This document shows, one piece after another, positions 55,790 to 64,000 of a DNA stretch of 64,000 bases. The notes under the pieces were generated by a model. The model had not been told where the DNA came from. It searched no databases and worked only from the letters and a program-made list of their open reading frames with translations. Position 1 is the first letter of the stretch, and each line of letters opens with the position of its first letter. Origin of the DNA: Bacteroidetes bacterium GWC2_46_850. GTDB taxonomy: Bacteria > Bacteroidota > Bacteroidia > Bacteroidales > Dysgonomonadaceae. The position numbers and the translations under genes are program-made. The stretch lies in NCBI GenBank assembly GCA_001768325.1, contig MENQ01000004.1, forward strand, positions 14,058 through 78,057. Reading direction: 5' to 3'.

Positions 55790-57451
55790 ATGAGCGAAGA
55801 AAAAAACGACATACAGAAAGAAAACGCAGATAAACCGGATAAAAAGGTTTCTCAGGGCCGCCGTGATGCCCTCAAAGCGATGGTAGCGGTACCCGTACTG
55901 GGGGCAATGGCCTATGGTGTATATCAAAAGAAGAAAACGGAGTTTACCAACCGCACTGCGGCTGAAATGTTCCGTTTTAAGGGTGATGTGGCTGCTTATA
56001 CGCCTACCATCTCCGATGCACCGATCCTCCGATTGGGCATTATTGGTTACGGAATAAGGGGTGCACAACTAATGCAGGCACTGGGCTTCGCAACACCCGC
56101 CTACGTGGAAAATCTGAAAGAGCAGGCACGGATTAACTCGGAAAATACCCGCTATCAGGATTTTCTTGAACAGGAAGACCTGCGGATACAGATTACGGGT
56201 GTATGCGACATTTTTGATGTATATGCTGAAAATGCGATCAGTGCCGGATCAAATACCTTTCGTGAAGGGTTGAACGGTAAGTATGGTCCTCAGCCAAAGC
56301 GTTATTTGCATTACCGTGAGTTGCTGGCCGCACCCGATGTGGATGCGGTGGTGATTGCGGCTCCCGATCATTGGCATGGTACCATGGCCATGGATGCCAT
56401 CAGGGCAGGGAAGCATGTATATGTGGAGAAACCGATGACATGGACTGTTCCGGAGACCTATGCACTCCGTACGCTCGTTAAGGAAAATCCGCATCTCGTT
56501 TTTCAGTTGGGGCATCAAAACAGACAGATTGAAGCCTATGAGCGTGCTCGTCAGATTATAGAGAAGGGACTGTTGGGTAAAATAACCCTGATTGAGACCG
56601 GCACCAACCGGAACGATCCCAATGGCGCCTGGGTCTATCCGATCCACGAACAGGCCAGTCCGGAGAATATCGACTGGAAACAGTTTGAGGGAGATCCGGA
56701 GCGCATCAAAGAATATATGGATTACATGACCTCTGCGGGCGTAATGAAATACGTAGGTCCGGAGTCTCGCGATAAATTTAAACTGGAGCGTTTTTTCCGT
56801 TGGCGTTGCTGGTGGGATTATAGCACCGGTCTGAGTGGCGATCTGCTCACGCATGAATATGACGCGATGAACCAGATACTCAACCTGGGTATTCCCTCAT
56901 CGGCCAGTTCCTCCGGTGGTGTTTATTTTTTTAAGGACGGACGTACGGTACCCGATGTGCTGCAAACGGTATTTGAATATAAGGACAAGGATCTGACCAT
57001 GCTTTATTCTGCCACACTAGCCAACCAGTTCAGCCGGAGCAGGAAGATCATGGGGCATGATGCAACCATGGAGGTAGGCAACACGCTCACGGTGACCGTA
57101 GATCCGCGTACCGAACAATACCGCCAGAAAGTTGATCAGGGTATCATCAAACCGGGCGAACCATTTTATACCTACGTGCCGGGGAAAAGTGTAGATGCTG
57201 TTTCCACGGCTACAGAACGTTATTTCGCCGAACGTGGATTGCTTTATTCCTTTATCAGCGGCAAACGTTATAATACCACTTTTCTGCATCTGAAGGAGTG
57301 GATCGACTGCATCCGCAAAGGAAAACAGCCATCGTGCAACATTGACCGGGGCTTTGAGGAGGCCATCTCGGCACACATGGGAACACGGGCATACCTGGAA
57401 GGGAGAACCATGTACTGGGACAAAGACAAAGAAGAAATTACCAGAGAATAA
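55790..57451 (+). CDS. Tat-exported Gfo/Idh/MocA-family oxidoreductase
   Basis: 553 aa with a twin-arginine leader (SQGRRDALKAMVAVPVLGA), a Rossmann start LRLGIIGYGIRG and the EKP motif (HVYVEKPM). Confidence 0.85.
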   Translation: MSEEKNDIQKENADKPDKKVSQGRRDALKAMVAVPVLGAMAYGVYQKKKTEFTNRTAAEMFRFKGDVAAYTPTISDAPILRLGIIGYGIRGAQLMQALGFATPAYVENLKEQARINSENTRYQDFLEQEDLRIQITGVCDIFDVYAENAISAGSNTFREGLNGKYGPQPKRYLHYRELLAAPDVDAVVIAAPDHWHGTMAMDAIRAGKHVYVEKPMTWTVPETYALRTLVKENPHLVFQLGHQNRQIEAYERARQIIEKGLLGKITLIETGTNRNDPNGAWVYPIHEQASPENIDWKQFEGDPERIKEYMDYMTSAGVMKYVGPESRDKFKLERFFRWRCWWDYSTGLSGDLLTHEYDAMNQILNLGIPSSASSSGGVYFFKDGRTVPDVLQTVFEYKDKDLTMLYSATLANQFSRSRKIMGHDATMEVGNTLTVTVDPRTEQYRQKVDQGIIKPGEPFYTYVPGKSVDAVSTATERYFAERGLLYSFISGKRYNTTFLHLKEWIDCIRKGKQPSCNIDRGFEEAISAHMGTRAYLEGRTMYWDKDKEEITRE

Positions 57452-57489
57452 TCATTATTAACTGAGAGTTAACACCTAAAAAATTACTT

Positions 57490-58959
57490 ATGTCATCAAA
57501 AATTTCAAGAAGAAGATTCTTAGAAACCGGGGCTATTGCAGCAGCCGGTCTTACAGTAGTACCTTCATCGGTACTGGGGAAGAGTATGGGCTATACGGCT
57601 CCGAGTGATAAGTTGAATATTGCCGGGGTAGGTGTGGGCGGAATGGGTTTTGCTAACCTGAAAAATCTGGAAAGCCAGAACATTGTCGGGTTGTGCGATG
57701 TGGACTGGAAATACAGCCAACGTGTTTTTGATCATTTTCCCAAAGCTAAGAAATACTACGATTACAGAAAGATGTATGAAGAGTTGGGTAAGAGCATCGA
57801 TGCGGTGGTTGTAGCTACTGCCGACCATACCCACGCACTGATTGCTGCCGAGGCCATGACCATGGGCAAACATGTTTATGTTCAAAAGCCGCTTACACAC
57901 AGCGTGTATGAATCGCGTTTACTCACCAATCTGGCCAAAAAACACAAGGTCGCCACCAGCATGGGCAACCAGGGTTCATCCGGTCCTGGCGTGCGTCAGG
58001 TGATCGACTGGATCAGCGACGGACAGATAGGGGAAGTAACCAAGGTGGAAACATTTACCGACCGGCCCATCTGGCCACAGGGACTGATGACGCCGCAAAA
58101 GGCCGATAAGGTACCCTCTACCCTGAATTGGGATCTTTTCATCGGGCCGGCCAAAAACCGTCCCTTCAACAATATCTATCATCCCTGGAACTGGCGTGGA
58201 TGGTGGGATTTTGGTACAGGTGCCCTCGGTGATATGGCCTGCCACATCCTTCATCCCGTATTCAAGGGGTTGAACCTGGGTTATCCCACAAAGGTGCAGG
58301 GATCATCTACCATGCTGCTGAACGACTGCGCTCCCAACGCCCAGATGGTGAAGTATGTGTTCCCACAGCGTGACAACCTGCCGAGGGTAGGTATGCCCGA
58401 AGTGGAAGTGTACTGGTACGACGGCGGCCTGGTGCCCATGCGTCCTGAAGGTGTGCCGGCCGGCAAAAACCTGAATGATCAGGGTGGCGGCGTAATCTTC
58501 CATGGAACAAAAGACACCCTGATCTGCGGATGTTACGGTGTGAACCCATGGTTGGTATCGGGTCGTAAGCCCAGCTCGCCCAAGACACAGCGTGAAGTGA
58601 CCCTTTCGCACGAAATGGACTGGGTGCGTGCCTGCAAGGAAACACCGTCGAACCGTGTGGAAACAGCTTCTCCTTTCTCCGAAGCAGGGCCATTCAACGA
58701 AATGGTGGTCATGGGCGTTCTCGCCGTGAGACTGCAATCATTGAATCAGGAACTTGAATGGGATGGCGTAAACATGCGCTTCACCAATATTCCTGCTGAT
58801 GCTACCATCAAAACCATCATTGAAGACGGCTTCAAGATCACTGACGGCCATCCTACTTTCAACAAGACCTGGACTGAGCCGGTGAATGCCGTAGAATATG
58901 CAAATGAGCTCATCAAGCACACATACAAAAATGGTTATCAATTACCAGCCATGCCGTAA
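57490..58959 (+). CDS. Tat-exported Gfo/Idh/MocA-family oxidoreductase (second, divergent)
   Basis: 489 aa with a twin-arginine leader (SRRRFLETGAIAAAGL), a Rossmann start LNIAGVGVGGMG and HVYVQKPL. Confidence 0.85.
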   Translation: MSSKISRRRFLETGAIAAAGLTVVPSSVLGKSMGYTAPSDKLNIAGVGVGGMGFANLKNLESQNIVGLCDVDWKYSQRVFDHFPKAKKYYDYRKMYEELGKSIDAVVVATADHTHALIAAEAMTMGKHVYVQKPLTHSVYESRLLTNLAKKHKVATSMGNQGSSGPGVRQVIDWISDGQIGEVTKVETFTDRPIWPQGLMTPQKADKVPSTLNWDLFIGPAKNRPFNNIYHPWNWRGWWDFGTGALGDMACHILHPVFKGLNLGYPTKVQGSSTMLLNDCAPNAQMVKYVFPQRDNLPRVGMPEVEVYWYDGGLVPMRPEGVPAGKNLNDQGGGVIFHGTKDTLICGCYGVNPWLVSGRKPSSPKTQREVTLSHEMDWVRACKETPSNRVETASPFSEAGPFNEMVVMGVLAVRLQSLNQELEWDGVNMRFTNIPADATIKTIIEDGFKITDGHPTFNKTWTEPVNAVEYANELIKHTYKNGYQLPAMP

Positions 58960-58970
58960 TTGAAAGTCTT

Positions 58971-59011
58971 ATAGGGAACAGCGACGGATTAGTGACATCG
59001 TTGTTCCCTAT
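58971..59011 (+). terminator. long hairpin between the second oxidoreductase and the DUF1080 gene
   Basis: ATAGGGAACAGCGA-N13-TCGTTGTTCCCTAT forms a 14-bp stem including one G-T pair. No strong T-run follows (CTTGTAAAAG), so it could be a terminator, attenuator or processing site. Confidence 0.45.
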
Positions 59012-59054
59012 CTTGTAAAAGTCAACCGTCAGTTTAATTAAAAAGAAAATAGTT

Positions 59055-59831
59055 ATGAAAAAAGTGTTTTATTTGTTTAGTTTACTCATTATGTCAGGAA
59101 TGATTTTCTCGTCTTGCACAAACGCCAGCAAACAATCGAAGGCCACCGATGGTGTTGATTCTACCGAAGTGGTTGCAGCCGATGAGGACTGGATCACCCT
59201 TTTTGATGGGACCGATTTTACAGGCTGGCGTGGTTACAATCGTGCCGACATGCCTGCAGCATGGACCATTGAAGATGGCGCCATCAAGATCAACGGTTCG
59301 GGTATGGGTGAAGCCGGAGCAAAAGATGGTGGCGACATCATCTATGATCAGAAGTTCAAGAATTTTGAGCTTACCTTCGAATGGAAAGTATCGGAAGGTG
59401 GCAACAGCGGTGTCTTTTACCTGGCTCAGGAGGTAGAAGGAAAACCCATATATGAATCATCACCCGAATATCAGGTTCTGGACAACGAAAGACATCCCGA
59501 TGCCAAATTAGGAAAGGATGGAAACCGTCAGTCGGCCTCTCTTTATGATTTGGTTCCTGCCGTTCCACAGAATTCAAAACCTGCTGGAGAGTGGAATACC
59601 GGGGGAATCATGGTATACAGGGGAACCGTTATTCACTCCCAGAATGGAGAGAATGTGGTAGAGTATCATCTGTGGACAGACGCCTGGAAAGAAATGGTTG
59701 CCGCAAGCAAATTCAAAGACTGGCCTAACTTCCTGAATGCAGGTGGCGAGAACCAGGAAGGTTTCATCGGCTTGCAGGATCATGGCGATGATGTATGGTA
59801 TAGAAACATCAAAATTAAAATATTGGATTAA
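59055..59831 (+). CDS. DUF1080 (3-keto-disaccharide hydrolase-like, concanavalin-type) lipoprotein
   Basis: 258 aa with a lipobox (MIFSSC). DUF1080 landmarks are present: WITLFDGTDFTGWRGY, NSGVFY, EYQVLDN, GLQDHGDDVWYRNIKIK. Confidence 0.85.
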   Translation: MKKVFYLFSLLIMSGMIFSSCTNASKQSKATDGVDSTEVVAADEDWITLFDGTDFTGWRGYNRADMPAAWTIEDGAIKINGSGMGEAGAKDGGDIIYDQKFKNFELTFEWKVSEGGNSGVFYLAQEVEGKPIYESSPEYQVLDNERHPDAKLGKDGNRQSASLYDLVPAVPQNSKPAGEWNTGGIMVYRGTVIHSQNGENVVEYHLWTDAWKEMVAASKFKDWPNFLNAGGENQEGFIGLQDHGDDVWYRNIKIKILD

Positions 59832-59842
59832 TCATTACCCAC

Positions 59843-59880
59843 AAAGGATATTTCTGCCCAGGGGTGGAAATATCCTTTTA
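59843..59880 (+). terminator. perfect 12-bp hairpin between the DUF1080 and TIM-barrel genes
   Basis: AAAGGATATTTC-N12-GAAATATCCTTT followed by TATAAAAAC, placed 12 nt after the DUF1080 stop. Confidence 0.45.
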
Positions 59881-59894
59881 TAAAAACAGATACA

Positions 59895-60791
59895 ATGAAA
59901 AAACAGTCTATGTTATTCGGTACAGCGCTTCTGTGCAGCTTGGTTATCTTCTCAGGCTGTGTTCAGGGAAAGCAAAAAGATGAAGCTGCGCCTGCAGCAA
60001 AAAAGGACATTTATTTGCAGTTATATTCGGTGCGCGATGATATCAAGGCCGACTATGCCGCTACCATTGCCAAAGTGGCTGAAATAGGTTACACCGGTGT
60101 GGAAGCTGCCGGTTACAACGATGGAAAATTCTATGGTATGGCTCCTGCCGATTTCAAAAAATCGATTGAAGATGCCGGTATGGTCGTATTGTCATCGCAT
60201 GCCGGTAGACCGCTGGCTGAACCTGCTGCCGATACCAACTGGGACGAAACATGGGCATGGTGGGATACTGCCATACAGGCACACAAAGATGCCGGGATGA
60301 AGTATCTGGTGGTTGCCTGGATACCGACGCCAAAGACACTGGCCGACTTGAAGGCCTACTGTGATTACTTCAACCAGATCGGTGAGAAATGCAATGCAGC
60401 AGGCATTCGTTTCGGTTATCACAACCACAACTTCGAGTTTACCGAAGTGGAAGGTGAACTGATGTACGATTACATGCTTAAAAATACCGATCCTGCAAAG
60501 GTATTCTTCCAGATGGATGTGTACTGGGTAGGTGAGGGTGGCAAAAATCCGGTAGACTATTTTAATAATTATCCCGGTCGCTACGAAGTGCTGCATATCA
60601 AAGATGAACTTGAGCTGGGTAAAAGCGGAAAGGTTGATTTTGAAAGTATTTATAATAATGCTGATAAAGCCGGTGCCAGATACATGGTCGTGGAAGTGGA
60701 AAGATACACCGGAACGCCTTTCGAAGGTATAAAGGAAAGCTACGATTATTTGAACAATGCAGCTTTTGTGAAAGAGAGCTATTCCAAATAA
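59895..60791 (+). CDS. xylose-isomerase-like TIM-barrel (sugar phosphate isomerase/epimerase family) lipoprotein
   Basis: 298 aa with a lipobox (VIFSGC). The family pattern is present: ...IGYTGVEAAGY ... FGYHNHNFEF ... LHIKD... Confidence 0.85.
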   Translation: MKKQSMLFGTALLCSLVIFSGCVQGKQKDEAAPAAKKDIYLQLYSVRDDIKADYAATIAKVAEIGYTGVEAAGYNDGKFYGMAPADFKKSIEDAGMVVLSSHAGRPLAEPAADTNWDETWAWWDTAIQAHKDAGMKYLVVAWIPTPKTLADLKAYCDYFNQIGEKCNAAGIRFGYHNHNFEFTEVEGELMYDYMLKNTDPAKVFFQMDVYWVGEGGKNPVDYFNNYPGRYEVLHIKDELELGKSGKVDFESIYNNADKAGARYMVVEVERYTGTPFEGIKESYDYLNNAAFVKESYSK

Positions 60792-60816
60792 CGTTTCACC
60801 TGTTATCGTTACAAAG

Positions 60817-60850
60817 GACCCGGGACAGACTGTTCCGGGTCTTTTGTTTT
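60817..60850 (+). terminator. rho-independent terminator after the TIM-barrel gene
   Basis: GACCCGG-N11-CCGGGTC followed by TTTTGTTTT. Confidence 0.7.
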
Positions 60851-60984
60851 ATGCAGGTTGCTGCAGATGACCCTGTAGCCTTCCATCGACACATTTTTAC
60901 CTTGGCTCAAATGTATGAGTTTGTGACAAAAAACAAGAAAGAAGTGGAAAGAAGTAGAAGGCTTTAACAGCCTCAAACCCGCAT

Positions 60985-61014
60985 GGACAAAAGAAAAGCC
61001 GCTAATTAAGCGGC
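60985..61014 (-). terminator. rho-independent terminator after tRNA-Gln
   Basis: The minus strand reads GCCGCT-TAATT-AGCGGC followed by TTTTCTTTTGTCC, about 20 nt downstream of the tRNA 3' end. Confidence 0.6.
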
Positions 61015-61033
61015 CTTTAAAATTTGACAAAAG

Positions 61034-61104
61034 TTGTCCCACAAGGATTCGAACCTTAACTGGCTGAACCAAAATCAGATGTGCTACCGTTACACCATGG
61101 GACA
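61034..61104 (-). tRNA. tRNA-Gln (anticodon TTG)
   Basis: The minus-strand sequence is TGTCCCATGGTGTAACGGTAGCACATCTGATTTTGGTTCAGCCAGTTAAGGTTCGAATCCTTGTGGGACAA, and it folds as a cloverleaf. Acceptor stem TGTCCCA/TGGGACA. D stem GTGT/GCAC with GG in the loop. Anticodon stem CTGA/TCAG with loop TTTTGGT. T stem TAAGG/CCTTG with loop TTCGAAT. Length is 71 nt and no CCA is encoded. Confidence 0.85.
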
Positions 61105-61131
61105 ATCCTTACTGCTTCGTGAAAAGCAGTG

Positions 61132-61163
61132 CAAAAGTAGTATAATAATTTTAACGTTGCAAA
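61132..61163 (-). promoter_or_regulatory. Bacteroidota promoter for tRNA-Gln (-33 TTTG, 20-nt spacer, -7 TACTTTTG)
   Basis: On the minus strand, TTTG (61163..61160) and TACTTTTG (61139..61132) lie 28 nt upstream of the mature tRNA 5' end. A 7-bp leader hairpin (61111..61130) lies in between. Confidence 0.5.
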
Positions 61164-61206
61164 TTTTTCCCCTTCAATTTGGGTGTGAAAATCAGCTTTA
61201 ACAGCT

Positions 61207-62505
61207 TTATTCTGCAATGAGCAGGAAATAGTTCTTTTTTCCCCGTTGTGCCAGGATATATTTGTTTCCGATCAGATGTGAGTGGTCGATCTGTTCATCA
61301 AATATTTCCAGTTTCTCTTTGTTGATCATCACGCCGCCAGCCTGCACCGTTTTGCGCATCTCACCCTTGGAAGGAAAGACTGCCGCATCGTCGGTCAGCA
61401 GATCCACTGCTTTGATTCCTGCGGCCAGTTTTTCTTTTGAGATGCCAAATTGCGGTACTCCTTCAAATACCTGCAGGAATGTTTCCTCGTCGATGGCATG
61501 CAGTGCCTGTGAGGTGGATTTCCCAAAGAGAATCTCCGAAGCATCCACGGCCATGTTGTAATCTTCCCGTGAGTGAACCATCACTGTAATCTCTTCAGCC
61601 AGTTTTTTCTGTAACGGACGCAGATGGGGAGCCGACTGTTGTTCTGCCACCAGCACCTCAATCTCTTCTTTTGAGAGAGAGGTGAATATCTTGATATATT
61701 TCTCGGCATCGGTGTCGCTCACATTCAACCAGAACTGATAAAACTTATAGGGAGATGTATAACGCCGGTCGAGCCACACGTTGCCGCTCTCGGTCTTTCC
61801 GAATTTGCCGCCATCGGCTTTGGTGATCAGTGGACAGACCAGGGCAAAAGCTTCACCACCTTCCACACGACGTATCAGTTCGGTTCCGGTCGTTATGTTT
61901 CCCCACTGGTCTGATCCTCCCAGTTGCAGGCGGCAACCTTTTTCCCTGTATAGATGCAGAAAATCATAACCCTGCATCAGCTGATAAGAGAACTCGGTGA
62001 ACGACATTCCTTCACTCGATTCACCGCTCAGTCGTTTTTTTACAGAGTCTTTCGCCATCATGTAGTTTACAGTGATGTGCTTCCCGATATCACGGATGAA
62101 GTTCAGAAAGCTGTAATCTTTCATCCAGTCGTAGTTGTTCACCAGGATGGCCTTGTTGGGTATGTCGCTCTCAAAATCGAGAAATTTGGCCAGCTGTATT
62201 TTAATGGCTTCCTGGTTGTGGCGCAATGTCTCTTCATCGAGCAGATTGCGCTCGGCCGATTTCATGGAGGGATCGCCAATCATTCCTGTGGCACCGCCCA
62301 CCAGTGCGACGGGAGTATGTCCGGCACGTTGAAAGTGTTTTAACATCATTACACCCACCAGATGACCGATATGCAAAGAATCGGCAGTGGGGTCTATTCC
62401 CAGATAACCCGCGGTTTGTTCTTTCATTAACTGTTCTTCCGTGCCGGGCATTACATCTTGTATCATGCCGCGCCAACGGAGTTCTTCCACAAAGTTCATC
62501 ATCAT
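61207..62505 (-). CDS. tyrS: tyrosine--tRNA ligase
   Basis: 432 aa with the HIGH motif (SLHIGHLV), the KMSKS variant KFGKT and a C-terminal S4-like domain. Three consecutive ATGs sit at the start. Confidence 0.95.
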   Translation of the reverse strand: MMMNFVEELRWRGMIQDVMPGTEEQLMKEQTAGYLGIDPTADSLHIGHLVGVMMLKHFQRAGHTPVALVGGATGMIGDPSMKSAERNLLDEETLRHNQEAIKIQLAKFLDFESDIPNKAILVNNYDWMKDYSFLNFIRDIGKHITVNYMMAKDSVKKRLSGESSEGMSFTEFSYQLMQGYDFLHLYREKGCRLQLGGSDQWGNITTGTELIRRVEGGEAFALVCPLITKADGGKFGKTESGNVWLDRRYTSPYKFYQFWLNVSDTDAEKYIKIFTSLSKEEIEVLVAEQQSAPHLRPLQKKLAEEITVMVHSREDYNMAVDASEILFGKSTSQALHAIDEETFLQVFEGVPQFGISKEKLAAGIKAVDLLTDDAAVFPSKGEMRKTVQAGGVMINKEKLEIFDEQIDHSHLIGNKYILAQRGKKNYFLLIAE

Positions 62506-62535
62506 TTAAGCAGTCAGTTGTTTAAAAAAGTGTCG

Positions 62536-62543
62536 CAAAGATA
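62536..62543 (-). promoter_or_regulatory. -7 promoter box TATCTTTG upstream of tyrS
   Basis: Exact TAnnTTTG match on the minus strand, 31 nt upstream of ATG 62505. Confidence 0.45.
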
Positions 62544-62601
62544 CGAAAAGTAAACGGCATTTCGTTCCGGGCAGGTTGCCAATATCATCAAACTGCCTGC
62601 C

Positions 62602-64000
62602 TCAACCTTTCCTTTTTAACGACAACATCATAAAGAGTGCGAACACATTCATGATCTCGAGACGTCCCAGTAGCATGTTGAAAGAAAGGACATATTTGGC
62701 AGCATCGGGTAAATGGCCGTAGTTAGCCATTGAACTTACTCCGCCAAATCCCGGACCTACATTTCCAATAGTTGCAATGGATGCAGAGAACGCAGTTAAC
62801 AAATCAATACCCATAACGGAAAGTAAGAGTGCAGTTAGCGAGAATGTAAGGATATAGAGAATAATAAAAACCATAATTTGCAACTGTAGGTTTTGATCGA
62901 TCATTTGTTTGTTTATTTTCACAGCGAAGACTCCTTCGGGGTGTAAAATAAGTTTTAATTGTTTCTTTACTGAAATGAAAAATAGATAAATACGGTCAAA
63001 TTTTATTCCTCCGGCAGTAGAACCGACCATTCCGCACTGAATGGAAAAATAGAGAAGCAGAATGATTGAAAATACAGGCCAGTTCGCAGTGTCTACCGTT
63101 GCGTAACCGGTGGTACTTCCCAAAGAGATAACCTGAAAAGCAGCATACCGGAGTGATTCCCAAAATCCGTAAAAATTTTCTCCTGTCAGTTGCAGTGTTA
63201 TTAAAATGATGCCAGTAAGCATCACCAATAAATATAAGCGGGCCGGACGTGAGGAGAAAATATTGTTTTTCTTTCTGGTGATTGTAGCGTAAATCAATCC
63301 GAAATGGATACTGCTGATAAACATAAAAAACATGATAATTATCTCTACCCATATACTATCAAAAGCAGCAATGCTTAAGTTTTTGGTGGAAAATCCAGAG
63401 GTAGCCACCGTGGTGAAAGAATGACAGACAGCATCGAAGAAACTAACTCCCAATAACGTTAACAAGGTTGTTTCTACAATAATCAGGCTGAAATACACAG
63501 TCGCAATGATTCTGATAATCTGTCTTGATCTCGTTAGAAAACTCATTTTTGATAAGTCTGACACCTCTGAGCGGTAAAAGCTCATCATGACTCCCTTTTT
63601 TTCAGGAAGCACCAGCAATACAAATAGAACAATGCCCACGCCCCCAATAAATGAGGTGGAAGAACGCCAGAATAGCAATCCCTTGGGCAGTGCTTCTATA
63701 TCATTTAAAATACTGGCGCCAGTAGTCGTAAAACCTGATACACTTTCAAAAAAAGCATTGGCTATTGTGTCGAATTCTCCTCCCCATATTAAATAAGGAA
63801 GCATGCCTGCGATACAGGTCACAAACCATCCGATCACGCTGATGGCGAGTCCTTCATGAAATTGGACTTCCCCTGTTTTTCCAATAAATAACCGCGGCAG
63901 AATACCTGCTACAGCACATATTATAGTACTGATCGTTAGGGGGATTAAAGATGTTTCGTTGTTAAATAGTGAGATGGCTGCTGAGATAAACAGAAACAGC
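62602..64000 (-). CDS. trkH: second TrkH-family potassium transporter subunit, 5' end beyond window
   Basis: The track ORF begins at an internal GTG (63837), but the frame stays open to the window edge (...LFLFISAAISLFNNETSLIPLTISTIICAVAGILPRLFIGKTGEVQFHEGLAISVIGW...). TrkH filter-like segments are present: TTTGAS, ATSGFST, STTGYAT, STAGGIK. Confidence 0.85.
   Translation of the reverse strand, partial: LFLFISAAISLFNNETSLIPLTISTIICAVAGILPRLFIGKTGEVQFHEGLAISVIGWFVTCIAGMLPYLIWGGEFDTIANAFFESVSGFTTTGASILNDIEALPKGLLFWRSSTSFIGGVGIVLFVLLVLPEKKGVMMSFYRSEVSDLSKMSFLTRSRQIIRIIATVYFSLIIVETTLLTLLGVSFFDAVCHSFTTVATSGFSTKNLSIAAFDSIWVEIIIMFFMFISSIHFGLIYATITRKKNNIFSSRPARLYLLVMLTGIILITLQLTGENFYGFWESLRYAAFQVISLGSTTGYATVDTANWPVFSIILLLYFSIQCGMVGSTAGGIKFDRIYLFFISVKKQLKLILHPEGVFAVKINKQMIDQNLQLQIMVFIILYILTFSLTALLLSVMGIDLLTAFSASIATIGNVGPGFGGVSSMANYGHLPDAAKYVLSFNMLLGRLEIMNVFALFMMLSLKRKG

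Noticed and set aside
60809-61105. 98-aa minus-strand ORF
   Set aside because: It overlaps the tRNA-Gln gene (61034..61104) and its terminator. The tRNA cloverleaf explains the sequence.
1-64000. Looked for CRISPR arrays, rRNA, IS/transposase/integrase, phage or known defence-system genes (restriction-modification, Abi beyond CPBP, CBASS, retron and similar)
   Set aside because: No spaced direct-repeat arrays, no recombinase-like ORFs and no recognisable defence proteins were seen. RecQ and the Clp ATPases are the ordinary housekeeping versions.

Overview
Mostly housekeeping chromosomal segment, apparently from a Bacteroidota genome (probably Bacteroidales). Support for that assignment: exact TAnnTTTG -7 boxes sit upstream of about a dozen transcription units, Shine-Dalgarno sequences are absent, SusC-type N-terminal modules are present, and gene content fits. 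In order, the window holds: a partial PIN toxin/antitoxin pair at the left edge; a histidine-utilisation operon (hutU, formimidoyltransferase, pnuC-like, hutI, cyclodeaminase, hutH) plus an MFS transporter; a VIT1/CCC1 gene; an ECF sigma / anti-sigma / HlyIII operon placed divergently from a secreted vWA protein and a serpin; clpB; trkH-trkA-dxs-recQ; clpX-clpP-tig; CPBP protease + DUF3109; TetR + fabG; a RluA-family synthase; a nucleotidyltransferase; a CNNM/CorC protein; galM, a sugar MFS transporter, galK and a Nudix-type regulator; a SIMPL protein; a translationally coupled GT4-fusion / GH130-like pair; carA followed by two full-length carB paralogs; an acyl-CoA ligase; DoxX; an exported cluster of two Gfo/Idh/MocA enzymes, a DUF1080 protein and a TIM-barrel protein; tRNA-Gln; tyrS; and a second, partial trkH. 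I saw no CRISPR array, rRNA, transposase, integrase or phage gene. The four observations I rate highest: (1) the ECF cluster, where the anti-sigma factor, the vWA protein and the serpin all carry the same SusC-like N-terminal domain, and the anti-sigma factor also ends in a TonB-C-like domain; (2) a roughly 60-nt intergenic repeat family with at least 5 copies, mostly placed directly after stop codons; (3) the cytoplasmic GT4-fusion/GH130-like pair; (4) the exported oxidoreductase/DUF1080/TIM-barrel cluster. All protein family calls come from motif recognition by eye. No database search was run.
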